From NCBI GenBank assembly GCA_963665095.1, contig OY762069.1, forward strand, positions 1,504,001 through 1,568,000: DNA of 64,000 bases, read 5' to 3'. The notes below the pieces were generated by a model. The model had not been told where the DNA came from. It did no database searches and saw only the letters and a program-made list of their open reading frames with translations. A program made the translations under genes and the position numbers. Shown in pieces: positions 42,745 through 52,481 of this stretch (positions within the stretch are counted from its first letter, which is position 1; the number at the start of each line of letters is the position of its first letter). Source of the DNA: an uncultured Desulfobacter sp. GTDB lineage: Bacteria; Desulfobacterota; Desulfobacteria; Desulfobacterales; Desulfobacteraceae.

Positions 42745-43387
42745 TTTTGAGCTGACCGAGAACAACTTGGTTTTCCGAGGCCCAGGCGCTAATCATATGG
42801 ATGGCTTTTTTATCTTCAGATTTATTATGAGAGCGTCTCAAGGTTTTTCCGTCTATCGCTACCACCTGGCCTTTGGTTTGTTTCGCTACGGAAGAAATCC
42901 ATTTTTTGAAGCTACCCTGAAACTCTTGTGGGTTCATTCTTTCAAAAATCCGATCAAAGGTATCATGTGACGGAATTCCATATGGTAATTCCAAGAACTT
43001 AGAAAGCCACCGTTTTCGCTTTTTTCCAAAATTTTCAATTTGCTCGTAGGTATCAGCCCCTGCCACAACGCCACAAATTGCAATTGTAATCACATCAATT
43101 AATTTATGAAGCTTATTGTGGTGTCGATGGTCTTCAATCGTCTCAAAGTATTTGTCTATTGTATTTTTGTTCATTGGCAACTCCCTGTTTTTGTTGCCAA
43201 TAGATACTATAAAATGAATAAAAAATCTAGCGAAAATATCATCTTTAATTTCAACGAGTTAAGTCTATTCATTTGGCTTGAACTTACTTTTTTCAGCCCC
43301 TATTATGCCTTGGGGTTTCAAATATTTTGTAACCGGTTTAAGTATTATAGCCCTCCCGGCATGTCTTTTTTACATGCGATAGCCCTG
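42745..43387 (-). mobile_element. ISAs1-family element, truncated by IS66 copy A (transposase fragment 42745-43180)
   Basis: GIPSHDTF, AIDGKTLR and HMISAW...VLGQ motifs; CAGGGC terminus at 43387. Confidence 0.85.
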
Positions 43388-43844
43388 TCGTTTGGATACC
43401 CAAGTATCGTCGTAAAGAGTTGTACGGGAAAAAGAGACAAATAGTTGTAGATACGATTAAGCAGTGGGCTCGGATTAAAGGTATAGAAATCATTGAGGGG
43501 CGTGCGATGCCTGACCATATTCACCTTTGCCTTTCGATTCCGCCAAAATATGCGGTGGCCCATGTCATTGGTCTTTTGAAAGGGAAGAGTGCATCGGAAG
43601 TGATGAGCTTTGGAAACAAGAGTAGTCGAATGGTGCGAGGCCGGACATTTTGGGCTCGTGGCTATTGTGTTAGCACTGTTGGTCTTGATGAAGAAAAGAT
43701 ACGAGAATATATAAGAAACCAAGAACGTAAAGACATTCTCGAAGAAGAAACAGGTATTTAAGTTTTACTAAAAAAGGTAGTTGGTCGGAGACCCCCCTTT
43801 AGGGGGGCCTCATGAAACCACCAGTTTACTGGTGGTATTCATTT
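43388..43844 (+). mobile_element. IS200-family element, 5'-truncated by ISAs1 (tnpA remnant 43388-43761)
   Basis: VWIPKYRRK, PDHIHL (HUH), LKGKS, FWARGY and YIRNQE motifs; subterminal hairpins at ~43790-43810 and ~43816-43837. Confidence 0.85.
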
Positions 43845-44027
43845 GTTGTTCAACTAAATGGCTTGTTGCAGATTTCGGGGGATGGGCAAAAAACCCCGGT
43901 TAATAAATGGATAAAAATCGGGAAGTATGAACTTCAACAAAATCTAATAAATTCAAAAGTTTTCCCAAAATTATGTGGGGCTTTTCCCCTAAATGTTTAA
44001 TTGCACCCATTAACCCGATATTCGGGA

Positions 44028-44525
44028 TTATCTGCGTTGTCCCCCGCCACCCCCCTTACCTCTGCCTTGACCGCTTCCGCCGCCCATACCCTTACCACCA
44101 CCACCGCCCATACCACGGCCGCCGCCAGCAATCCCCCGCCCTTTCATTCCACCCTGACCCTGGGGTGCATCAGTTGATTGGGAGGTCTTAGCCTGGGCAT
44201 AAGAACCTTGTTTGAATTTGGCCAAGGCCTCTTGTACCGTATCCTGGGGTGATAAACCCTCCACAAGAGAGATCCCGGTTGTTTGAAATACCTGGGCAGC
44301 ATTGGGGCCGACAGCGCCGGTGAGAATCGCATCAATATTTTTATCTGACAAAAGGTTGGTCGCAGAGATTCCTGCCCCCTGCCCCTGGGTGGCAGCATGA
44401 TTTTCAACGGCCTCAATGATATTGCCAGTGTCTGTATCGATAATTAAAAACCAAGGTGCCCTGCCAAATCGGGGGTCAACGTTGGCATTAATCTCTTTCC
44501 CTGTTGATGTTATGCAAAGTTTCAT
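44028..44525 (-). CDS. NifB/NifX-family (FeMo-cofactor-binding-like) protein with a Gly-rich tail
   Basis: DPRFGRAPWF, GAGI and TGAVGPNA motifs; GAGGAG RBS before MKLCI. Confidence 0.85.
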   Translation of the reverse strand: MKLCITSTGKEINANVDPRFGRAPWFLIIDTDTGNIIEAVENHAATQGQGAGISATNLLSDKNIDAILTGAVGPNAAQVFQTTGISLVEGLSPQDTVQEALAKFKQGSYAQAKTSQSTDAPQGQGGMKGRGIAGGGRGMGGGGGKGMGGGSGQGRGKGGGGGQRR

Positions 44526-44620
44526 CTTTTTCTCCTCGAATACCCATGAAGATAATGGGCTATCTGTCTTATGTACCGAATAAAATTCGGCGTTGTTTAT
44601 GTTCAACTGAAGCTTCCTAT

Positions 44621-44740
44621 CACTACAGCGACACTTCCGAAATCGCCCCTGTCGATGGAGCATTTTATAGCTCTAAATCAGCTAAAATATGGTGATTCTC
44701 CACCCTTTTTTGTGTGAAAAAAACAAGTGTCGCTGTAGTG
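44621..44740. mobile_element. 120-bp MITE-like element
   Basis: 16-bp perfect inverted repeats CACTACAGCGACACTT; 4-bp duplication CTAT on both sides; no ORF. Confidence 0.75.
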
Positions 44741-44759
44741 CTATAACAGCCATGGACTG

Positions 44760-44960
44760 ACATTTTGAAAAAGAGCTTATCCTTCTAAATGTTCTGTGGT
44801 ATTTGCGTTATGCCCTTAGCTACCGGGATCTGGAAGAAATGATGTTGGAACGGGGGTAAAGGTTGACCACACGACCATCTATCGGTGGGTTCAAAGCTAT
44901 TCCCCGGAAATTGAGAAAAGATGCAAACCCCACCTCCAACCCACCAACGATTCTTATCGT
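44760..44960 (+). pseudogene. IS6-family transposase N-terminal remnant
   Basis: HFEKELILLNVLWYLRYALSYRDLEEMMLERG / VDHTTIYRWVQSYSPEIEKR with a frameshift. Confidence 0.75.
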
Positions 44961-44970
44961 ACACGCGATG

Positions 44971-45291
44971 TCAGAGGGCACGACCACTACCCGATCCCAT
45001 ACCTCCGCCACTGCGACCCATCCCCCCCCCTCTACCAGGTGGCTCGTCGGGCAGTGTTAAACCGCGTTCCTTGGCTCGCTCTTGCATCTGCTCGTGATGC
45101 TCATTCCGGATTTGCTCTCGTTCCTGGATTGTTTTTACGGAACGCATTTTTGCGTGATACTCAGCTCGCTCTTGTTGCGTCATGAGTTGGCTGCCGTAGA
45201 TTTGTTTGTCCTGGTCGGCCGCGAACGCGAATCCACTAAACAAAACCAAGGCAGCAACCAAGGTAGACATCATCAGTGTTCGTTTCATCAT
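44971..45291 (-). CDS. Small exported helical protein with a Gly/Met-rich tail
   Basis: Signal peptide ending AFA; IYGSQLMTQQER...HHEQMQERA; AAGGAG RBS. Confidence 0.65.
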   Translation of the reverse strand: MMKRTLMMSTLVAALVLFSGFAFAADQDKQIYGSQLMTQQERAEYHAKMRSVKTIQEREQIRNEHHEQMQERAKERGLTLPDEPPGRGGGMGRSGGGMGSGSGRAL

Positions 45292-45685
45292 CTTAAACTC
45301 CTTGTGACTTTGGGTTGGTGTAATTGTAATTAACGGCTGCATCCAATGAAACCCGTTCAATGGATGCGTCTAACAATTTAATCAACGGGTCCGCATAGTG
45401 TCCCTATATATGAAAAAGGAGTTGCTGCAGACATCGCAATATTTTTTTCATCTTGATCAACATAATATATTCAAGTTTCATACCAGGTGGGAGAATCTTT
45501 TTTTTTCATACAACAGGCTGTTTTATATGCAAAAATCTTTATATGACGGATCTGCGTGAGAGTTAAATATGGAATCAAGGAATGATCATATATGATCAAT
45601 GGTCATACAAGACCACTTTTCAACCGTATTTGTTTTTCAGAGTATTTTATCGTTGAATTGTAAGCGGTGTATCAACCGCACCTTT

Positions 45686-47311
45686 TTAAGCCTGACGGGG
45701 TGTTGTATAGTTGGATTCCAGCAAATGTTTATCCACGTTTTGTGGCATCAAGGCTTTAAATTCATCTTCCGTCATGGCTTCCGGTAAATTTTCAAAGAGA
45801 AATTTGAGGTACCAGTAAGGTTCAAGCCCATTGGCCTTGGCTGTTTCGATCAGGCTGTAAATGCAGGCACTGGCATCGGCGCCCGCAGGTGTACATGAAA
45901 ACAACCAATTTTTTCTGCCCACCACAAAGGGTCTTATGGCATTTTCGACTACATTATTATCCGGCATTACCAGACCACTTGCCGTATACAGAACCAATCT
46001 ATGCCATTGATTAAGGGTGTAGTTAATGGCTTTACCAAGAAGACTTTTGGGCGGTACCTTTTCAACTTGAGCATCCAACCATTTTTTAAATTCATCAAGG
46101 ATAGGCAAGGATAGCTCCTGCCTTTTCCAGTAAAGTCCATCAGCAGACAAACCAAGTTCTTTGGCCTCTCTTTCTATTTTGTATAATTTGCTGATGTACT
46201 TCAGGGCTTTGCCGGCGGTTCCCGTTGGGTTGCCAGTTTTATTTCCGGCAGCTTTGACCACAGCCATGAACTTTCGACGTGCGTGTGCCCAGCACGCAAC
46301 ATGAATGATTTCCACAATATGATCAAGAAAGTCATAGCCAGCATAGCCATCCGTCTGAACAACACCTTGATAACCGTTCAAAAAATTCCGGGCAACATCC
46401 CCGGATCGAGTTGGGTGATACTGGAACAGAATAATGGGATTATCCGGTGTCCCTCCTTTGAACACCCACATATAGCATTTTGACCGTTTCGGTTCTTTGA
46501 GAACCTGGACTGTTGTTTCGTCAATATTTATCACTGGGCCTTTAAGGATTTCATCCTTCATATATTCCAGCAGGATCTCACAGGCTTGGGCCACTTTCAT
46601 AGCCCAATTGCACATATTGGATCTGTGGATGTCTACTCCAATTCGCTTAAACTGTTTTTCCTGCCGGTAGAAGGGTAAAGCATCTGCGAATTTGGCTGTC
46701 ATTATATGGGCCAAAAGCCCTGGGGTTGCAATGCTCTTGGGAATCATTTGTTCCGGCATTCTTGCGATGGACACTGTTGGCCCATCATCTTCAACACCTT
46801 CGCAGTTTTTACAGGCGTATTTATAGCGGATGTTTCTGATTACTCTCATTTGTGCCGGAATAATTTCAAGCTGTTCAGATTCTTCTTTGCCGCAACGGGA
46901 TTTCATGCAGCCACAGGCACATATTTTTTCTTCCTCGGTCAGATCATGGATCACCTCAACCCGTGGAAGGTTTTCAGGCAAAGGCCTGCGCCCTGGCTTC
47001 TTTCGATTATGGGCAGGCACGCTGATTTCTTCGGGTTCGTCCAATATGGGCGTATCCGGCTCAAAAGTATCAAAAAGGGATAGTTGACCGTCATTCTTAT
47101 GGATTTTTTCTGTCTTTTTACCAAAAAGCTGGTCCCGAAGGCTTTTAATCTGTTCGTTGAGAATTTTGATTTCGGCTTTATAATTGTGCTCTCTATCTGA
47201 AAAATCATTGACAAAACAAGCCATCATTTCTTTTAATTTCTCAACGTCATTTATGTCTGCAAAAGCCTCTTTATTCATGCGTTGTATATACCATAACCAC
47301 GCGGTTTTCAC
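45686..47311 (-). CDS. tnpC: IS66 transposase TnpC
   Basis: Same motifs as copy A. Confidence 0.92.
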   Translation of the reverse strand: MKTAWLWYIQRMNKEAFADINDVEKLKEMMACFVNDFSDREHNYKAEIKILNEQIKSLRDQLFGKKTEKIHKNDGQLSLFDTFEPDTPILDEPEEISVPAHNRKKPGRRPLPENLPRVEVIHDLTEEEKICACGCMKSRCGKEESEQLEIIPAQMRVIRNIRYKYACKNCEGVEDDGPTVSIARMPEQMIPKSIATPGLLAHIMTAKFADALPFYRQEKQFKRIGVDIHRSNMCNWAMKVAQACEILLEYMKDEILKGPVINIDETTVQVLKEPKRSKCYMWVFKGGTPDNPIILFQYHPTRSGDVARNFLNGYQGVVQTDGYAGYDFLDHIVEIIHVACWAHARRKFMAVVKAAGNKTGNPTGTAGKALKYISKLYKIEREAKELGLSADGLYWKRQELSLPILDEFKKWLDAQVEKVPPKSLLGKAINYTLNQWHRLVLYTASGLVMPDNNVVENAIRPFVVGRKNWLFSCTPAGADASACIYSLIETAKANGLEPYWYLKFLFENLPEAMTEDEFKALMPQNVDKHLLESNYTTPRQA

Positions 47312-47323
47312 CAGTTTTTATGA

Positions 47324-47683
47324 TCAAAAAACAGCCGAATATTTTAATGATTTATGTGCTTTTTCCTGACGAATAGAAAGTCCGTCCATCAGCCAGGAAA
47401 GCTCTTTTGCTCCGATGGTCAAAATCTGTTCTTTTGACTTGGGCCATTGGAAATAATCCTTTTCCAAGCGCTTGTGCCAAAGACAGAATCCATTGCGATC
47501 CCAATACAGGATTTTCAATATATTCCGTTTCCGGTTACAGAATACAAACATGTGTCCTGAAAATGGATCCAAATTTAACTTTCCGCTTACAAGTATGGAT
47601 AGCCCATCAATGGCCTTGCGCATATCAGTGCTTCCAAGTGCGATATGAATTTTTAAATTCTGGGTGGGAGAAAACATCAGCAC
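47324..47683 (-). CDS. tnpB: IS66 accessory protein TnpB
   Basis: Protein identical to copy A TnpB. Confidence 0.92.
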   Translation of the reverse strand: MLMFSPTQNLKIHIALGSTDMRKAIDGLSILVSGKLNLDPFSGHMFVFCNRKRNILKILYWDRNGFCLWHKRLEKDYFQWPKSKEQILTIGAKELSWLMDGLSIRQEKAHKSLKYSAVF

Positions 47684-48009
47684 CGCCTCAATACTTGAAG
47701 CACCTGGGCCAGGGTTGTTTGGGAAAAGCCATCCGGTATTTCGATCTGAAATCCGTTATCTGTATTCAACGTTAATCCTTTTTGTTCAGAAAGACTTAGT
47801 GCCTGGCTGATCTGCGTTGAAGGGACCTGAACGAATTCTGGGGCAAGTGCCTGGCTTTTGAATTTCATTTTCCAGTATGTAAATTGATTGGGTCTTAAAT
47901 CATTTTGCCTACAGTATGCATTTTGGGACATACCCGATTCAGACCATTGTTTAATGTGGTACTTCCAGAACTGGGTTAGTTTTTGGTTTTTCTTCTCTGT
48001 TTCTGACAT
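47677..48009 (-). CDS. tnpA: IS66 accessory protein TnpA
   Basis: Close paralog of copy A TnpA. Confidence 0.85.
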   Translation of the reverse strand: MSETEKKNQKLTQFWKYHIKQWSESGMSQNAYCRQNDLRPNQFTYWKMKFKSQALAPEFVQVPSTQISQALSLSEQKGLTLNTDNGFQIEIPDGFSQTTLAQVLQVLRRC

Positions 48010-48863
48010 ATGATGGGCCTCCGTTAATTAAAAGTTGGCTCATCTTCTCATGTCATTTTAATGAGTTGTAGATGGGGTCCTTTAAACGCTTACGGTCATC
48101 TGATCGGGAAGGATTTCAAGGTTGAAAAACTGATCTGAATCCACCAGGCAGGACCGGCAGAAATTCCAGTCTTCCGGCAGAAACGAAGATGCGCCGGAAG
48201 CGACAATGATTTTATCGGCCCGGATGGTTTCATCTCCGGTAGAAAGGGTGTTCGGACCGGTAAAATGGACATTTTTCCTGACAAATTTATCCTGCCACGT
48301 TTCCATGGAGGACTTGACGCCGTCACTGAACTTGTCCCTTAAACGCCGCACTTCCTGCATAACGGCCTGATAATCAGGGCGGCAGTTGTCCGTGTCCGAC
48401 AGTCCCAGTCCCTTGAACTGCATACGCTGGTGGTAGGCATTGGCCATTTCAATAAGTGCCTTGGATGGCATACAGCCGGCCCAGGCACAGGTGGTGCCGA
48501 GTACGCCGCCGTCAAACACCACATATCGATCCGTTTTTTTTGCCACTTCATTTCTTGCGACCAGGCCGGCGGTTCCGGCCCCGATGATGGCAACATCATA
48601 TTTTTTCATTCTTTACTTTCTCCGTTTGATTTTTTTTAGCCATGACATCCAGCCACGATATAAAGATAATAAGTCTCTCCTGCCTGTTTCAATGGGGGAA
48701 AACATGTAATTTTTCAAATACATGGTTGACCGGGCCCCAATGGGTGTAAACCCGAATTTACCACTCTTCAGTAGACCTGTAATCTTAGGCCATCACTTGC
48801 TGCAGGGTCTTTGTTTTTAATAAGGTGCCTGCACAAAACAACGTTTACATAAAGGAGGTAACA

Positions 48864-49238
48864 ATGGCTGAAAGAAAACAGGTTTACAAATGCGAGCTTT
48901 GCGGAAATGTAGTTGAAGTCCTTCACGGTGCGGAAGGCGAACTTGTTTGCTGTGGTGCGCCAATGGTTCTTTTTGAAGAAATATCAGCTGACGAGGGAAA
49001 AGAGAAACATGTACCCGTAATTGAAGCCACCGCTGACGGCGTAAAGGTCAAAGTGGGTTCCAATCCTCATCCCATGGAAGAAAAACATTTTATTGAATGG
49101 ATTGAAGTCATTGACGGGGATGACGCTTGCCGCCATTACCTGAAGCCCGGCCAGGCTCCGAAAACTGTTTTCAAAGGCTGCTCTGCAAATGTAACCGCAC
49201 GGGAATACTGCAACGTCCACGGCCTGTGGAAATCATAA
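48864..49238 (+). CDS. dfx: Desulfoferrodoxin (2Fe superoxide reductase)
   Basis: YKCELCGN...[22 protein letters not shown] and EYCNVHGLW motifs; AAGGAGG RBS. Confidence 0.95.
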   Translation: MAERKQVYKCELCGNVVEVLHGAEGELVCCGAPMVLFEEISADEGKEKHVPVIEATADGVKVKVGSNPHPMEEKHFIEWIEVIDGDDACRHYLKPGQAPKTVFKGCSANVTAREYCNVHGLWKS

Positions 49239-49251
49239 CAATTCCCTTTCA

Positions 49252-50358
49252 GGCACCACACTGCCGTCCCCGATTTCAGCCGGAATGTCACAGACCGCAG
49301 GCTTTTGCCCAGGCCTCTACCAACGCCCCCTGGTCTGCCCGGTCGGTCATCTGAAAATAGTCAATGGTCTGTTCGTCTATGGGGAAAAACCCCATGGTGG
49401 CGCCGTATTCAGGCGACATATTGGAGATGGTGGCACGGTCCGGTACTTTGAGGTGTTTAAGACCCGGCCCATAAAACTCCACAAATTTTTCCACCACATT
49501 CATCTGCCGCCGGCGGTTGGTGACGGTCAGCACCAGATCTGTGGCAGTCACACCAGGGGCAAGCTTTCCGGTGAATTCCACGCCAATGACATCAGGAAGC
49601 GGCATGAAATAAGGCTGGCCCAACATGACCGCTTCGGCTTCAATGCCGCCAACCCCCCAGCCCAGCACGCCAATGCTGTTGATCATGGTGGTATGGGAGT
49701 CCGTGCCCACCAGGGTATCGGCATAAAGCAGGTCGTGGGTATCGGTTTTCGCCTGCATGGCACCCCGGCCCAGGTACTCCAGGTTGACCTGGTGGCAGAT
49801 CCCGGAGTTGGGCGGAACCACCCTGAAGTTATCAAAGCTTGCCTGGGCCCATTTTAAAAGGCGGTAGCGCTCCTCATTGCGCTCATACTCTTTGGCCACA
49901 TTCTTCTGTTGGCAATCCCTGGTGCCGTGGAAATCCACCTGAACGGAATGGTCCACCACCAGCTCCACCGGAATCATGGGGTTGACCAGGGAAGGGTCTT
50001 TGCCTGCCTCAGAAAGAGCATCACGCATGGCCGCCAGATCCACTACGGCGGGAACGCCGGTGAAATCCTGTATTAAGACCCTGGCCGGATAAAACGGAAC
50101 CTCAACCGAAGTATTCCCCTTTGCCGACCAACGGGCTGCAGCCATCACATCGCTGGAAGAGGCGTGACCGCCAGCAGATTTGCGCAACAGATTTTCCACG
50201 AGCACCCGAATGGAAAATGGCAGCCTGGCCAGTGCAGCCCCAGCCTTTACATCCAGATAATGAAGGTTATAAAATAGACAGGTCTGATCACCGACCTGGA
50301 TCTCATCCATAAAATCATCCGCATTTAAGACGGTAGGATTGACTTCACTGGTCCCCAT
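49252..50358 (-). pseudogene. acnA: Aconitate hydratase AcnA, 3'-truncated (356 aa before the stop)
   Basis: QDFTGVPAVVDLAAMR, GTDSHTTM and NMSPEYGAT motifs; stops before the Fe-S cysteines. Confidence 0.88.
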
Positions 50359-50539
50359 TTATTGTCTCCTTGCCTGGTTTAATTTCCGGGTTTAATTACC
50401 GGGCTTCAGGCAATGCCTGTTTTTTTATCTGCTGTTTTCCTGTTTATAGTTTTATCCGCTTTTGACTTGATTGGATTGGATTGACTGGCTGAATCGATTG
50501 GTGAAATTGGTAATTTTCATTCTTTCGAATTCTTAAGAC
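49777..50539. repeat. Direct-repeat copy 2 (copy 1 at 1350-1988)
   Basis: Manual alignment. Confidence 0.9.
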
Positions 50540-50906
50540 AATCTCGAATGGCGGCAATCAGCAGTTCAGACGGATCGGTTTTGGTCAGAAAGGCCTTTGC
50601 ACCAGCCTTGCACATGTCTTTGGCAAGGTCCGGGTCCGTGTGCATGGAGAACCCGATCACACAAATATCAGGTTGCAGGGCCAGAACCTGCTCGGTCACT
50701 TCAATACCGTGCATTTCGCCCAAATCTATATCCATAATGATAACATCCGGAGAAAGCGTATAGGCAAGCTCCATGGCTTTTACCCCATCTTGCGCATCTC
50801 CCAGAACCTGGAAATCTGGTTCCAGCTCCAGAATAATCTTAAGCGCATCCCGCATGGCCTGGTGATCATCCACAATTAAAATTTTGATAGTCTCTTTTTC
50901 TGTCAC
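50517..50906 (-). CDS. Stand-alone response regulator receiver (NarL-type REC, no HTH)
   Basis: ILIVDDH, PDVIIMD, FSMH and FLTK motifs. Confidence 0.85.
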   Translation of the reverse strand: MTEKETIKILIVDDHQAMRDALKIILELEPDFQVLGDAQDGVKAMELAYTLSPDVIIMDIDLGEMHGIEVTEQVLALQPDICVIGFSMHTDPDLAKDMCKAGAKAFLTKTDPSELLIAAIRDCLKNSKE

Positions 50907-51406
50907 GGATGCCTCTTTCTAAGTTTTTTCCTTAACAAACCTCCACCACTTTGGATTTATTTGAAATTTACCACCGGAAAGAATTGTTGAACAATGAGGG
51001 GAACCCCGCATTTGAGCATGCAAATGTATGCATTTTAGAAAATTAAGATAAGTTTTCACCGGCGTGCAAAAGGTCACACTGCAGGATGTAAATATTCACT
51101 GGTTGCAAGAAGAGTGGTATTGACAGGTTATTTCATGATTTCAGATGGACTGCTGTCAGGAATATGGTTCGGTCCGGAATTCCTGAGGGCGTTGGCATGA
51201 AAATCACCGGGCATAAACCAGGGCGATTTTTTAATGATACAGTATTATAAGTGATAAAGATTTAAAAGATGGTGTAAAGCCGCAGCCAGTCTATCTTTCA
51301 GGACAGTGATATTTTGTTTTGGGCACAATTGGAGCACAATGGCTCCCCCCAAAAACAAAAAGGATTCTCAAGAAAACTTGAAAACCCTCGCTGCTGTTGT
51401 TTGTTG

Positions 51407-51482
51407 TGGTGCCCAGGAACAGAATTGAACTGCTGACACGGGGATTTTCAGTCCCCTGCTCTACCGACTGAGCTACCTGGGC
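51407..51482 (-). tRNA. tRNA-Phe (GAA)
   Basis: 76 nt GCCCAGGTAGCTCAGTCGGTAGAGCAGGGGACTGAAAATCCCCGTGTCAGCAGTTCAATTCTGTTCCTGGGCACCA; folds as a cloverleaf with encoded CCA. Confidence 0.97.
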
Positions 51483-51557
51483 ACGTCAAACAACGAGAGC
51501 TTTTATATGTTCTTTGGGCTTTTTAGTCAAGCAAAAAATAAGAAACTTGTTAAGAAA

Positions 51558-52301
51558 TTATTTTCCTTTGCCCATATCCCCGATAATGAACTGGATCAGT
51601 GCGGCAGCACACACTGCGGCTGTTTCAGCTCTAAGAATCCTTGGGCCAAGGGAATAATTTGTAAAACCGGCCTGTTGGGCAAGTTCGATCTCTTGGGCCT
51701 CAAATCCGCCCTCCGGTCCGATTAAGATAATGGCACTTTTATTTTCTGTCTGTTGTTCCGGACCCATGAGGGGCTTTTGGGACGCTTCCCAGAATGCATA
51801 CTTGTTTGTGTAGGTTGCTGAGATATCCAGCACTGTCTGAAAATCCACAGGCGGCACAATATCAACCAGACAGGACCGGCGGCACTGTTTCAGGGATTCT
51901 TTGGCAATGGTTTGCCATCTTTGTACCTGCTTTTCTTCTTTGCCTTTGCCTGGCATGGGGATGGATCGTGTGCTGTAAAATGGAATCCATCTGGTTACGC
52001 CGACCTGGGTGATATGCTTGATAATTTCATCCATTTTATTGTGTTTCAGCATGGCTGAGCAAAGGGTTAAATGTAAATTTGATTCTGTGGCAGATAATTT
52101 TTTTTCTAAAATATTGACGATCACCCCTTCAGGCCGCACCTGTTCTATCTGTCCTGAAAAGTCAGTGCCGCAACCATTGGTCATTGAAATGTTATCACCG
52201 GGTTTAAGCCGAAGGACCTTGGCGATGTGGCGTGCGTCCTGGCCTTTGATGGACACTTTTCCAGCTGTTTGTTCATCCTGAGTAATAATAAATTTCTGCA
52301 T
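51558..52301 (-). CDS. rsmE: 16S rRNA m3U1498 methyltransferase
   Basis: HIAKVLRL, KQCRR, IGPEGGF and LGPRILRAETA motifs. Confidence 0.95.
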   Translation of the reverse strand: MQKFIITQDEQTAGKVSIKGQDARHIAKVLRLKPGDNISMTNGCGTDFSGQIEQVRPEGVIVNILEKKLSATESNLHLTLCSAMLKHNKMDEIIKHITQVGVTRWIPFYSTRSIPMPGKGKEEKQVQRWQTIAKESLKQCRRSCLVDIVPPVDFQTVLDISATYTNKYAFWEASQKPLMGPEQQTENKSAIILIGPEGGFEAQEIELAQQAGFTNYSLGPRILRAETAAVCAAALIQFIIGDMGKGK

Positions 52302-52481
52302 ACTTTTTTAACTCTGATCCAGGTAAATATTAAATCGTCTTTGCCCCTCAGCCCTTTGGGGCAATATCCTGCTTTATAATATGCAAAGAAGGACAAGACC
52401 ATTGTTTTTTTCACTGTATTCATTGGAAAAAGATAGGCCCCGTCTGTTCGCACTCCCTGATTTATGATAAAAAAGGTGCCC

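Larger units (their letters stand above)
40311..48093 (-). mobile_element. IS66-bounded composite structure, 7783 bp
   Basis: 8-bp duplication GGTCATCT only at the outer ends (40303-40310 / 48094-48101); inner flanks do not match each other. Confidence 0.88.
45660..48093 (-). mobile_element. IS66-family element, copy B
   Basis: GTAAGCG...CGCTTAC ends; same length and gene order as copy A. Confidence 0.95.
39397..48609 (-). pseudogene. Dihydrolipoyl dehydrogenase-like flavoprotein disulfide reductase, split by the IS66 composite
   Basis: N-part 48094-48609 (GAGTAG, GTTCAWAGCMPSK); C-part 39397-40310 (GLGPIG, AGDV, YHPSLEE); rejoins in frame as PDQMTVFGLG. Confidence 0.88.

Noticed and set aside
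44526..44663. N-terminal extension of the NifX-like ORF in the ORF track
   Set aside because: It starts inside the MITE; the RBS and family start fit ATG 44525
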